DNA of 64,000 nt. Origin: Roseburia sp. (GTDB taxonomy: Bacteria > Bacillota > Clostridia > Lachnospirales > Lachnospiraceae). The stretch's first letter is position 1, and each line of letters opens with the position of its first letter. The translations under genes were made by a program, and so were the position numbers. Below are positions 49,675 through 59,570 of this stretch, piece after piece. The notes beneath the pieces were generated by a model. The model was not told where the DNA came from, made no database searches, and was given only the letters and a program-made list of their open reading frames with translations. The DNA lies in the NCBI GenBank assembly GCA_041336395.1, contig JBGKWP010000007.1, forward strand, positions 165,845 to 229,844, written 5' to 3'.

Positions 49675-51033
49675 CTAAAACAACATCGCGTCAAGCAAAT
49701 CCTGCCCGCTTGATTTTACAATATCTATCGGCACTTGTAAAGATTCTTTCAGTTCCGTTAAAGTCATGTCATCTAAAAAGACTTCTTCTCCACTCCTTAA
49801 CATATTGCACGGAAGTAAGAGCTTCTCTCCTAAATCTCTGCCCTTTAACTGCTTCTCTAAGTCCTGCCCGGTGATAAGACCGGAGACTGTGATGCGCTCC
49901 CCGAAAAACTCATTGACGATCGGGTATACCGTAATCTCATAGTTCGGATATGCTTCGTGGCATTTTTCGGAAAGCTGCATTAAGAACGGTGCTGCCAGAA
50001 GCCCCGTTGCAAGTGAAAGCCGGTGTACCCTCGTTCTGTCCGGAAGCAGTGCCTCATCGGTCTCCTCGCCTGCCTCTTCCTCCGCGAGCTGCCTCATCGC
50101 TTCCTCAAACTCGTCCATCAAAAGCCTGATCATACCGACTCCGTTCTCGAGCTGGATATATCCGTCATAGTTGTCCGCCTCCGGGAGCGGCCACTCTGCG
50201 AGCAGGTACCACTCATCACTCGCATGGATGAAATGCGTCCCATGGTTCTTCATACAGATCTCCTGCCACTTATGGATGGTTGTGAGCACTGCCCGCGCAT
50301 CCTCCTTCGTGAAAGGCTCTAACGGGAATAATCCATCCCGGTACTTCGACAGTCCGACCGGAACGACAGAAACACTCTCCATATAAGGAAGATACTTTGT
50401 CAGGTCACGGATGGAACGCTCTAATTCCTCCCCATCGTTAATCCCCCGGCACAGTACGATCTGTCCATTCATCTCGATACCGCCCTCGTACAGCCTGTCG
50501 ATCTTCTTAAGTGCATCCCCTGCAAAACGGTTGTGCAGCATCATACAGCGAAGTTCTGGGTTCGTTGTCTGCACCGAAATATTGATCGGGGCAAGCTTAT
50601 AACGGATAATCCGGTCAAGATCCTTGTCCTTCATGTTCGTCAGCGTCACATAATTACCCTGTAAAAAAGAAAGTCTTGAATCATCATCCTTAAAATACAG
50701 CGTATCGCGCATCCCCTTGGGCATCTGGTCGATAAAGCAGAAGATACACTTATTATGGCACGATTTGTAATCATCCATCAGTCCATTTTCAAATTCAATG
50801 CCGAGGTCATCATCATAATCCTTCTCGATCTCAAGCTCCCACTCTTCCCCATCTGCCTTCAAAAACACAGCTGTCAGGTACTCATCGTGAATGAGATAGT
50901 GATAGTCGAAAACATCTTCTATCTCTTTGCCGTTGATGCTTAAGAGGATATCTCCCGGTTCTAATTCCAGCTCATCGGCAATGCTTCCCGGTTCCACTTT
51001 GCTGATGATATGCTGGTTTTTATTTTTATTCAT
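49675..51033 (-). CDS. DUF512 / PDZ-containing putative radical SAM protein
   Basis: N-terminal PDZ-like segment, CHNKCIFC (CxxxCxxC), KDDDSRLSFLQGNY, QLENGVG. Confidence 0.9.
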   Translation of the reverse strand: MNKNKNQHIISKVEPGSIADELELEPGDILLSINGKEIEDVFDYHYLIHDEYLTAVFLKADGEEWELEIEKDYDDDLGIEFENGLMDDYKSCHNKCIFCFIDQMPKGMRDTLYFKDDDSRLSFLQGNYVTLTNMKDKDLDRIIRYKLAPINISVQTTNPELRCMMLHNRFAGDALKKIDRLYEGGIEMNGQIVLCRGINDGEELERSIRDLTKYLPYMESVSVVPVGLSKYRDGLFPLEPFTKEDARAVLTTIHKWQEICMKNHGTHFIHASDEWYLLAEWPLPEADNYDGYIQLENGVGMIRLLMDEFEEAMRQLAEEEAGEETDEALLPDRTRVHRLSLATGLLAAPFLMQLSEKCHEAYPNYEITVYPIVNEFFGERITVSGLITGQDLEKQLKGRDLGEKLLLPCNMLRSGEEVFLDDMTLTELKESLQVPIDIVKSSGQDLLDAMLF

Positions 51034-51081
51034 AAATCTTATACCTTTCCGTTCTATTCCATAACAGTATCAGTTTACAAT

Positions 51082-51117
51082 AAAAAAGATGGAATAACAA
51101 TCTTTTTATTCCATCTT
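51082..51117 (-). terminator. Intrinsic terminator after the ABC permease
   Basis: AAGATGGAATAA / TTATTCCATCTT stem followed by TTTT. Confidence 0.85.
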
Positions 51118-51152
51118 CTTTCCTGTATATCAGTTCTGATAAACAGCCATCT

Positions 51153-53117
51153 TCACTGTTCCGCGTATTGCTCATTATATTCCTCTTCTGTCATCAACCT
51201 GCGGTTCTCAGTCGTAATGCCAAGCCGGTTTAATGTCTCAATCAGATGCGTACAGTCACTGCCAAATACAACGCAAGCTGTCCCGTTTTTTTCATAAGGA
51301 TAATATTCCTGCCCATTTTCCACCATCCGACTCGTATAACTGCCTCCGAAGAAACCTCCGAACGTGTTGACATTCTCAGTGTAATAGTCTATGCCAATCT
51401 CTTTGACCCCGTCCGGATTGTAATAGGAAATGAACAGATTGTTGCAATACTTTTCATTCTCAGGATCCGTTTCGTCCTCCGTATCCTCGTAATCCCACAT
51501 CGACATGAGCTGATACTTTGCAAGCGCTCCGTCATCAATATCTGCCCGGACTGCCGCAACGATCTCCTCGAGTTCTTCCCTTGTAAAATGATAGTCTTCG
51601 TCTCTTTCGTTTAAGGTAAAGCTGATACTGCCAGCATAATATTCATTGTTTTCGTAATCTTTTCCAAATAAATACTGCCTGATACAGTCCGGCTCTTCCT
51701 CAAATGCGAGAATCTTTCTGGCTGTGGAATCCGCTTTCCCGATATATTCTGCAGAAACCGGAACCTGATAGCTCCGACGTACTTTGCTTCCATCCTTCCG
51801 GTTATAGGTAAAGCCCACATAGTGCACTTCATCGCTCGCAAGAAATTCGTCTTTCTGTGACAGAATCTCCTGCTGTAACTGCATTGCCGTCTGCACGTCT
51901 TCTCCCTCAAACTGGATTGGATAATCCATATTGACGGAAACAGACTGAATCTCCGAAAGCGCCGGAATGTAACGTTCGATTCCGAACAGATCCATCTCCA
52001 GTGCAATCAAAAATGCTGCCGATATGCCAAGCACCGCCGCACACTCTGCCACACGTTTTTTCTGCAGGACACGAAAGCTCTTCTTCAGCAGCATCTGTGC
52101 CACAAAGAAACAGAGGATCTCCATCAGAAGCACGCAGACCATCAGAAGTGCAAATGGCATCTGGTTTCCCGGCATCCGGTAACGCATGGTATCTGTAAGG
52201 GCGACACCTAACTCCATTCCAAGTCCGACCGCTATTCCCCAGCGGAACACCGGTTTGATAAAGGAAATACAGATCAGGTCCCCTGCTGTCTCGATCTGCC
52301 GTCTCTTATAGATCTCGTAAGCCACGACAAGCAGTACCACGCCGATTCCTACATAGATCAGGACGGTCTGCATTCCTTTTAACTGAATGCTGGTGACCAT
52401 ATAATCTTTGTCCGTAATCTTCTCCACACCGACTGACTGCCTCAGATAATACATTGGCGAGAGAATGCCGGATTGCTTTGGCTCCCAGCTTTCACTCACA
52501 CCAAAACAAAGTGTGTTGACCAGTGTACCTGCCAGACTTACCACTCCCACATAAAGAAAGTTTGCAACGACATAATAAAATGGGAATGCCGCTATGTGCC
52601 CGGTCAGCATCGCTACTGCTGCGCCCTGTGCGAGGGCAAAAAAAGTGGTTCCGACCGTCGCCCCATACCAGTATAGGATATACTGAATATAAGTCACCCT
52701 TGCTGCGATACACACAAATACGGTAATGATAAACATGATCGTCTGCGGAATGATCATAAAAGCCGCTGCCGATGAGAAATTTGTCACAAACAGTTCCAGC
52801 CTGTCCACCGGCAGTGCATGGATCATATTCGCATTTCTCGCAGAATACAGATAGGAAAAAACCGCCATAATGGAAACCCCGGCAAAAATAAAGGTCGGCA
52901 GCGGATTCAGCACTGCTCCCAGTGTATCTGAAAGCGCCATAAGCTGTCTCTGCGTCTGTGTATATACATCCCACCGGTTATAACTTGCCATATCTAACCA
53001 CAGGTTCACCGGCAGCGCAAAGACCAGATATCCCATATACAACAGCCAGATCGGCCAGAAACGTGTGACATTTTTCTTAAAAATTGTTTTATTAAAACAG
53101 GATGTCTTTGACTTCAT
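51153..53117 (-). CDS. ABC transporter permease (multi-TM, large C-terminal soluble domain)
   Basis: About 10 TM segments, HALPVDRLELF motif; overlaps the end of the ATPase gene; RBS GGAGGGG. Confidence 0.8.
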   Translation of the reverse strand: MKSKTSCFNKTIFKKNVTRFWPIWLLYMGYLVFALPVNLWLDMASYNRWDVYTQTQRQLMALSDTLGAVLNPLPTFIFAGVSIMAVFSYLYSARNANMIHALPVDRLELFVTNFSSAAAFMIIPQTIMFIITVFVCIAARVTYIQYILYWYGATVGTTFFALAQGAAVAMLTGHIAAFPFYYVVANFLYVGVVSLAGTLVNTLCFGVSESWEPKQSGILSPMYYLRQSVGVEKITDKDYMVTSIQLKGMQTVLIYVGIGVVLLVVAYEIYKRRQIETAGDLICISFIKPVFRWGIAVGLGMELGVALTDTMRYRMPGNQMPFALLMVCVLLMEILCFFVAQMLLKKSFRVLQKKRVAECAAVLGISAAFLIALEMDLFGIERYIPALSEIQSVSVNMDYPIQFEGEDVQTAMQLQQEILSQKDEFLASDEVHYVGFTYNRKDGSKVRRSYQVPVSAEYIGKADSTARKILAFEEEPDCIRQYLFGKDYENNEYYAGSISFTLNERDEDYHFTREELEEIVAAVRADIDDGALAKYQLMSMWDYEDTEDETDPENEKYCNNLFISYYNPDGVKEIGIDYYTENVNTFGGFFGGSYTSRMVENGQEYYPYEKNGTACVVFGSDCTHLIETLNRLGITTENRRLMTEEEYNEQYAEQ

Positions 53118-53991
53118 AATCTGCCCCTCCCATTTCATAAATAAAAATCTCTTCCAGCGTCAACGGAAGTACGTCAACAAGTGTAGGTCTGTCTGCGACC
53201 AGTGCCCGCTCCGCCTCCTTCGGATCACCTTTTACGATCAGCGTGTATACACGCCCTGTGTTCGCCATATGCAACACCTCAAAGCTGTCCGGAAGCTTCG
53301 GCACGCCGCTTTCACATGCCACCTGGATCTTGGAAATATTACCCTGCAAATCACTTAAGGACCGCTCGATCATAATCTTTCCGTGATGCATGATCCCCAC
53401 ATGGTCACAGGTATCTTCTAACTCCCTTAAATTGTGGGAGGATACTAAGACTGTCATCTTCCTCTCTGCCACCTCAGACATTAGGATGCTCCATACCTGT
53501 CTTCTCATGACCGGATCCAGTCCATCCACCGGCTCATCTAAGATCATCAGCTCCGGCTTGCAGCAGATCGCCAGCCAGAACGCCACCTGCTTCTGCATGC
53601 CTTTTGATAGTCTTCGGATATTCCGTTTTACATCAATCGTCGGGAAGAATTCCTGCATCCGGTAAAACAGCTTGCTGTCAAATTCCGGATAGATTCCTTC
53701 ATAGAACCGCTTCATTTCCATCGTGTCTGCCTGCATAAAATAAAACAGCTCGTCCGGGATATAGGCGATTTTCTCCTTGATCTTCTTATTTTCATAGACA
53801 TTCTCACCGTCGATTACGACTTCTCCACCATCCGGGCGGTACACACCTGTCAGATGCCGTAACAGTGTTGATTTTCCGGCGCCGTTCGGTCCCACAAGTC
53901 CGTAAATCTCCCCACGCCCGACATGCATGTTGACACCGTCTAACGCTTTGAAATGGTCAAACTGCTTTCTCAACTCATGAACCTGAATCAT
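53092..53991 (-). CDS. ABC transporter ATP-binding protein (YtrB-like)
   Basis: GPNGAGKST, LSKGM, LDEPVDGLD, SSHNL, LEEIF. Confidence 0.93.
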   Translation of the reverse strand: MIQVHELRKQFDHFKALDGVNMHVGRGEIYGLVGPNGAGKSTLLRHLTGVYRPDGGEVVIDGENVYENKKIKEKIAYIPDELFYFMQADTMEMKRFYEGIYPEFDSKLFYRMQEFFPTIDVKRNIRRLSKGMQKQVAFWLAICCKPELMILDEPVDGLDPVMRRQVWSILMSEVAERKMTVLVSSHNLRELEDTCDHVGIMHHGKIMIERSLSDLQGNISKIQVACESGVPKLPDSFEVLHMANTGRVYTLIVKGDPKEAERALVADRPTLVDVLPLTLEEIFIYEMGGADYEVKDILF

Positions 53992-54362
53992 CTCTTCTCT
54001 CCTCCCTCTGCAAGCTGCTCAATCCGTTTTGTAAGATTTTCCTTGTTCACTGATAAAAACAGCAGTTCTTCTACAATCTCGTCGAATTCCTCTAACAGCT
54101 CCTCATTGCGCACCTCATGGATGCCTTCCTGCCTCGCCGCAAAAGTTCCTTTTCCCGCTATGGTGTACAGATATCCTTCCGCTTCTAACTCCCGGTACGC
54201 CTTCTGGATCGTATTCGGATTGATTGCGAGCTTCGCTGCCATCTCTCTCACGGACGGCAGCTTCTCATCCGCCAAAATCGCATTCGAAATGACCAGCTTC
54301 CGCATGCCATCTTTAATTTGTTCGTAAATGGGCTTTGCGTCCCTGTAATTTAGCTGAATCAA
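53988..54362 (-). CDS. GntR-family regulator, YtrA subfamily
   Basis: PIYEQI, LPSVREMA..LAINPNTIQKAY, GKGTF; short C-terminus; TTG start. Confidence 0.93.
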   Translation of the reverse strand: MIQLNYRDAKPIYEQIKDGMRKLVISNAILADEKLPSVREMAAKLAINPNTIQKAYRELEAEGYLYTIAGKGTFAARQEGIHEVRNEELLEEFDEIVEELLFLSVNKENLTKRIEQLAEGGEKR

Positions 54363-54387
54363 ATTGCCAGACCCCCCAACTGTACTA

Positions 54388-54442
54388 ACTGTACTATTTC
54401 ATTTCATACAGCTATGATAGCATGGGAAATCTGGCAATTCAA
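54388..54442 (-). promoter_or_regulatory. Promoter and YtrA-type operator of the GntR-ABC operon
   Basis: -35 TTGAAT (54442-54437), 17 bp spacer, TG-c-TATCAT (54419-54414). Operator CTGTA-N13-TACAG at 54389-54411 matches the YtrA-type TGTA-N13-TACA palindrome. Confidence 0.75.
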
Positions 54443-54483
54443 GGAAGATACTTTTGGGATTTTCTTAAAATTCTTTTAACCCT

Positions 54484-55518
54484 TTATCCTAAGTATGCTT
54501 TGATAAGTTCAAACGTATTTTTCACACCGTCCACGTGGCTTCTCTCATAGCCGTGGGATGCATACACACCAGAACCGATCAGTCCGTGGCGCACATCGTA
54601 GCCTGCAGTCAGTGCCACGTCCGCATCGGAGCCATAATATGGATACACATCTACCGCGAAATCAATGTCATGCTCCTTTGCAGCCTGAATCAGACCACTC
54701 ACTACGTCATAGTTGTAAGGACCATGGCTGTCCTTCGCACAGATGGACACCTGTGTTTCATCGCAAGCAAGTCCGTCACCGACACAGCCCATATCCACAG
54801 AGATCACTTCCGTCACGCCCTCCGGGATAGATGCTGCACCGCCGTGTCCGACTTCCTCGTACACCGTGATATGCTGGTAGATGGCGCGCTCCGGTGTCAC
54901 ATTTTCCTCTTTTAAATATTTTGCATAGCCAAGCAGAATTCCGACACTTAATTTGTCATCTAGGAAACGGCTCTTGATGTAGCCGGATGCTGTCACGGTT
55001 GTCCTTGGGTCGAAGCAGACGAAATCGCCTGTCATAATGCCGAGTTTCTCGACATCCTCTTTGGACTTTACTTTTTCATCAAGCACCACTTCTGTCGTAT
55101 CGAAACCACGTTTTGTGTCACTGTAATCTTTATTTACATGGACAGACGCATTTACAAGCTGTAAGGTTCCATCATATTTTCCAGAAAATCTGGTGATGAT
55201 GCGGCAGTTCTCCGCCTCGCCGTTGTTTGCATTCATGCCTCCGACCGGAGTCACACGCAGGCGGCCGTTCGGCTTAATCTCTGCTACCATGGCTCCTAAG
55301 GTATCAATGTGTGCCTCTAAGAGTACGGCATTATCCTTCTCTTTTCCGCCAAGTGCGACGAGAACACCTCCTTTTACGGTAAGCTTAGGCTCATAGCCGA
55401 GCTTTCGGTATTCTCCCATCACATAATCCGCTACTTCTTTTGTGTAGCCGGATGGGCTGTCGATGGATAAAATCTTCTTTGTCTCTTCTACAATATAGTC
55501 TACATATTTTTTACTCAT
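54484..55518 (-). CDS. M42-family metallopeptidase
   Basis: SPSGYT, AHIDTLG, RFLDDK, YEEVG, VDMG, SHGYER. Confidence 0.93.
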   Translation of the reverse strand: MSKKYVDYIVEETKKILSIDSPSGYTKEVADYVMGEYRKLGYEPKLTVKGGVLVALGGKEKDNAVLLEAHIDTLGAMVAEIKPNGRLRVTPVGGMNANNGEAENCRIITRFSGKYDGTLQLVNASVHVNKDYSDTKRGFDTTEVVLDEKVKSKEDVEKLGIMTGDFVCFDPRTTVTASGYIKSRFLDDKLSVGILLGYAKYLKEENVTPERAIYQHITVYEEVGHGGAASIPEGVTEVISVDMGCVGDGLACDETQVSICAKDSHGPYNYDVVSGLIQAAKEHDIDFAVDVYPYYGSDADVALTAGYDVRHGLIGSGVYASHGYERSHVDGVKNTFELIKAYLG

Positions 55519-55561
55519 TTTTCTGTTCCTTCTTTCCTGAATTAAAATAGCAAAACTCCTG

Positions 55562-56425
55562 TCACATCAGACATAAAAACGCTGCCAGATTTCCTCTCTT
55601 TCCATGGCTTGCACGATGGGAAAAGAGGTTTTTAGGATTGCAGCAGGTGCAGATGTCCGTCACCGCAAGGTGCTCCGGTTTCACGCCAGCTTCTGTAAGC
55701 ACGATCTCATTGGCTCTCCAGAGATTCAGCTGATATTTGCCGTTTTCCTTCCGGTAAAAAAGCTCAGCCTCATGCCCCGGGAATGCTGCGGCAAACTGTT
55801 CTGTAACATCCTCACTCACTTCGTAACAGCCCTGGCAGATGGACGGTCCGATCGCACAGATGAGATCTGCCGGATCTGTCCCGTACGCTTCCCGCATGCG
55901 TTCTATCGTCACCTGACCCATTCGATTTACCGTTCCACGCCAGCCGGAATGGGACAGCCCAATTGCCCGGTGCACTGGATCCACAAAATAAAGCGGCACG
56001 CAATCTGCATAGAAAGTCGTCAGCACCAATCCCGGTACATTTGTGATCAGACCGTCAATGTCCGGATATTCCCGCTCCCTTGTAATGCCGTTTCCGGCAT
56101 CTTTCTCCGTGACCTGCAGGACATTGGTGGTGTGCGTCTGATCAGAAAACACAAATCTGCCGTAATCGACGTCGAGTGCCTGCGCGATCCTGCGGTAGTT
56201 TTCCTCCACGGCTTCCCGCTTGTCTCCTCTCGTAAAGCTTAAATTCATGGTGGAAAAGATACCCTCACTCACACCGCCTGCCCTTGTGGAAAACCCTTCT
56301 TTTACAATACCTGTACTCTCAAGTAATGGAACATGTAACAGTGGGACTGTGAGTTCCGGGGAAATGCGGTGTTCCTGCTCTACAATCGTATTTTCAGTTG
56401 TGCTGTTTTTTCTGAACCATTCCAT
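55562..56425 (-). CDS. pgeF: Peptidoglycan editing factor PgeF (YfiH/laccase-domain)
   Basis: FSTRAGGVS, QTH, ADCVP, HSGWRG, IGPSIC..CYEV, CTCC...FSHR. Confidence 0.93.
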   Translation of the reverse strand: MEWFRKNSTTENTIVEQEHRISPELTVPLLHVPLLESTGIVKEGFSTRAGGVSEGIFSTMNLSFTRGDKREAVEENYRRIAQALDVDYGRFVFSDQTHTTNVLQVTEKDAGNGITREREYPDIDGLITNVPGLVLTTFYADCVPLYFVDPVHRAIGLSHSGWRGTVNRMGQVTIERMREAYGTDPADLICAIGPSICQGCYEVSEDVTEQFAAAFPGHEAELFYRKENGKYQLNLWRANEIVLTEAGVKPEHLAVTDICTCCNPKNLFSHRASHGKRGNLAAFLCLM

Positions 56426-56558
56426 GGACTTCCCACCTCTTTCTTCTTTCTATTTCCTGCTGTGGATTTTACTACGCGGTGAAAACATACTTTACAGTTA
56501 TCTATGGATACCTCTCCAGTCACGGTAAAACTATTATCCACTCATTTGCATACCGATA

Positions 56559-56915
56559 TTACATTTGATATTCAAATGCATTCTGTATAAGTTCTATCTT
56601 CTCTCCCAAAACTGCAACCACATCAAATCTGCACGGTGTATCCATACCATACCCGTGTGTCAGACAATAGTAGGATGCCACTTTTGAGATTGTTCTCTGC
56701 TTCGGCCGGTTCACCGCCTCAAATGGATTTCCGGCGTGGCTGTCCGCGCGGTATTTTACCTCCACAAAGACGAGATATTCCCCGTCTTTTGCAATAAGAT
56801 CAATCTCTCCCTGCCTGCTCCGGAAGTTATATTCTATCACCTTATATCCATGCTGTTCCAGATATGCTCCGGCACGCTTTTCATAGGCTGTGCCGATTTC
56901 TCTTTTATTGACCAA
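56559..56915 (-). CDS. YraN-family protein (UPF0102, endonuclease-like fold)
   Basis: GEIDLIA, FVEVKYR, RFDVV, NAF; TTG start after GAGGAG. Confidence 0.93.
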   Translation of the reverse strand: MVNKREIGTAYEKRAGAYLEQHGYKVIEYNFRSRQGEIDLIAKDGEYLVFVEVKYRADSHAGNPFEAVNRPKQRTISKVASYYCLTHGYGMDTPCRFDVVAVLGEKIELIQNAFEYQM

Positions 56916-57076
56916 GCCTGCTCCTCTGTTCCATAACTGTTATTATGCACTTTTCATGTAACTTTTCCTCTGCCACACGTGCAATGGTCTGACACTTACT
57001 ATGTGGCGGTACGCCACCGCGTAAATTCATGAAATGATCCACAATCCACAGTGCAAAGCATCTTAAAACCGTGCCA

Positions 57077-57841
57077 TCATCCAACAAAATTTTTTATAAA
57101 ACTTGCTCTGTGAATTGGCGACGGTCCGACTTTCTTCAATGCTGCGATATGTTCCGCAGATCCATAGCCTTTATTGGAAGCAAATCCGTACTCCGGCATG
57201 ATTTTATCATACTCGACCATCATACGATCCCTTGTCACCTTGGCAACAATGCTCGCTGCCCCAATGGAAATACTCTTCGCATCCCCTTTGATAATCGGCA
57301 CCTGGCGGATATCCACACCCGGGATCGTGACCGCATCGTTTAACAGCAGATCTGGCCTTACACATAATTTGCTGATGGCTTCCCGCATCGCCTCATAAGT
57401 CGCCTGTAAAATGTTGATCTCATCGATCCTTGCCGGGCTTGCCATTCCGATTCCGACTGCAACCGCCTTCTCCATAATGATATCGTAAAGCTCTTCCCTT
57501 TTCGCCGCGGTCAGTTTTTTTGAATCATTGATATATAAAATATCGCAGTCCTTAGGCAATATGACTGCCCCCGCCACAACAGGTCCCGCTAACGGTCCGC
57601 GGCCGACCTCATCAATGCCGCAGATATAGCCGTATTCTGCATACTCTTTTTCATACTTTTTCAGGTTTTCGATTCTTGCACGCTCTGCTTCCAGTTTCTC
57701 TAAACGTTTTCCTGCCTGCTCTACCAGCTTTACCACGCCGCCTCTCTCATCGGCTTTATATGTTTCAATAAAAGAAGGCAGTTCCCTGTCACTGACTGCC
57801 CTTAATTCTTCTCTGATCTCTCCGATTTTCTTTTCTGTCAT
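57077..57841 (-). CDS. rnhB: Ribonuclease HII
   Basis: GIDEVGRGPLAGPV, DSKKL, IIKGD..S.SI.AASIVAKVTRD, NKGYG. Confidence 0.97.
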   Translation of the reverse strand: MTEKKIGEIREELRAVSDRELPSFIETYKADERGGVVKLVEQAGKRLEKLEAERARIENLKKYEKEYAEYGYICGIDEVGRGPLAGPVVAGAVILPKDCDILYINDSKKLTAAKREELYDIIMEKAVAVGIGMASPARIDEINILQATYEAMREAISKLCVRPDLLLNDAVTIPGVDIRQVPIIKGDAKSISIGAASIVAKVTRDRMMVEYDKIMPEYGFASNKGYGSAEHIAALKKVGPSPIHRASFIKNFVG

Positions 57842-57947
57842 GTTGTATTCCTGCCTTCTTCTAATGCTATTCTTTAAAGCCTACCCTATTTCCCATAATT
57901 CCAGAAATATGCTTCAGCGGTTCCTGCGCCGTCCTGTCAAATGTCAC

Positions 57948-58787
57948 CTACGGGCGCTCTAACGTAATCTTTCCAAGCTTCCCGCTTCGGAACTCATCGA
58001 TCAGAAGTGCTGCTGCCTTGCTGTAATCCAACTCGTTTCCTTTTGAAATACATTTCCGGTTCTCTGCAATCTGCTCTAAGATCTTCACCGGTGTCTCAGA
58101 CTCGTCCACACTGTAACGCTCTTTTAAAATACCTGCATAATCCTTTGTCAAAACTTTGATCAGTTCCAGTGAGAGCTCATCGATATTTAAAATTTCATCC
58201 TTGATGGCTCCGATCAGTGCCAGACGAAGTCCTACCATCTGATCCTCGAATTTCGGCCACAGAATTCCCGGTGTATCCAAAAGCTCCAAATTTTTATTTA
58301 GGCGGATCCACTGTTTTCCCTTGGTGACACCCGGTTTGTTGCCTGTTTTCGCACATGCTTTTCCCGCATAGGAATTGATGAATGTCGATTTTCCAACATT
58401 CGGAATGCCGACTACCATTGCGCGCACCGGACGGTTCACGATGCCACGCCTTCTGTCACGCTCAATTTTCTCCTTGCAGGCTTCCATTACCACATTGGTC
58501 ACCATCTTCATACCCGTTTTCGTGCGCGCATCGAGCCCTACTACATAATAGCCTTTTGCCTTAAAAAAGGATGCCCATTCTTTGTTCTGTTCCTCATCTG
58601 ACAGATCTGATTTGTTCATTATAATCAGTCTCGCCTTATTTTTTCCAAGCTCGTCAATATCCGGATTCCGGCTGCTGAGCGGTATTCTCGCATCCACAAG
58701 CTCGATAACGAGATCGATTAATTTTATATCCTCCTGCATCTGACGCTTTGCCTTCGTCATATGCCCCGGGTACCACTGAAACTGCAT
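57948..58787 (-). CDS. ylqF: Ribosome biogenesis GTPase YlqF/RbgA
   Basis: QWYPGHM, DARIPLSSRNP, GIPNVGKS, LLDTPG, FRSGKLGKITLE. Confidence 0.97.
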   Translation of the reverse strand: MQFQWYPGHMTKAKRQMQEDIKLIDLVIELVDARIPLSSRNPDIDELGKNKARLIIMNKSDLSDEEQNKEWASFFKAKGYYVVGLDARTKTGMKMVTNVVMEACKEKIERDRRRGIVNRPVRAMVVGIPNVGKSTFINSYAGKACAKTGNKPGVTKGKQWIRLNKNLELLDTPGILWPKFEDQMVGLRLALIGAIKDEILNIDELSLELIKVLTKDYAGILKERYSVDESETPVKILEQIAENRKCISKGNELDYSKAAALLIDEFRSGKLGKITLERP

Positions 58788-58804
58788 ATTTTTCTCACCT
58801 TTCT

Positions 58805-59401
58805 TTATAAAAATCCAAATTTTCCGAGAGGCGCAATCCGAAACCATGCCTTCCCGATCATATATTCTTTCTTCACATTTCCGATATTCGCATAACGGCT
58901 GTCCTCACTGTTATTGCGGTTGTCGCCCAGCACAAAATATTCATCATCTCCGAGCGTGATCTCCTCCGCGGCAAGTCCTGCCTCCTCGATGGATGCCACT
59001 TCGGCTTCCTCCTGGAACAGCTCTCCGTTGACATACACGGCACCGTTTCTGATCAGCACCGTATCTCCCGGAACTGCGATCACACGCTTCACATAATAGT
59101 GCGATTTTTCGTTGCCATTTGGCAGAAAAACAACCAGATCGTTCGTCTTCGGATCTGTCACCTTATAAAGGAAACGGTTCACCAAAATCTCATCGCCGCT
59201 GCTTAGCGTTCCCTCCATCGACTGCCCTACCACGCTCGTCCGGAGTCCTGCAAAATAGACACAGGTGAATGCGATCAGAATCGTGACTACAATCTCAAAA
59301 ATCCATCCCGCTACTTCCTTCACGATGCCCATATTTACTTTCTTTTTCCGTCTTCCAAAATTCAGTCCGCTTCTTTTTCTTCTCAAAATGCCTGAAACCA
59401 T
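58805..59401 (-). CDS. lepB: Signal peptidase I
   Basis: GQSMEGTL, YVKRVIAVPGD, YFVLGDNRNNSEDSR. Start uncertain. Confidence 0.93.
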   Translation of the reverse strand: MVSGILRRKRSGLNFGRRKKKVNMGIVKEVAGWIFEIVVTILIAFTCVYFAGLRTSVVGQSMEGTLSSGDEILVNRFLYKVTDPKTNDLVVFLPNGNEKSHYYVKRVIAVPGDTVLIRNGAVYVNGELFQEEAEVASIEEAGLAAEEITLGDDEYFVLGDNRNNSEDSRYANIGNVKKEYMIGKAWFRIAPLGKFGFL

Positions 59402-59570
59402 GCCTTTCCCAAAGCCCGCTGTTTGCCGGATCTTTCACTTCCTGCGCAGACTTTCTATTCCTTCTGCTCCCACATTCTCCTGTTCGAAACATCTTCCATC
59501 TCTTCGTATGTTCTTCGCATCCGCGTGGACCGTAACAATAAGTTACCACAAAGTCCCTCTCTTCGCAACC

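Noticed and set aside
56461..57050. Several TTATCCACA-like sequences around yraN
   Set aside because: All are mismatched and sparse; there is no dnaA context or strand switch to suggest an origin.
59295..59549. 84-aa ORF with a GTG start and RBS-like GAGAGGG upstream of lepB
   Set aside because: It overlaps lepB out of frame and has no recognisable features; it cannot be supported without conservation data.
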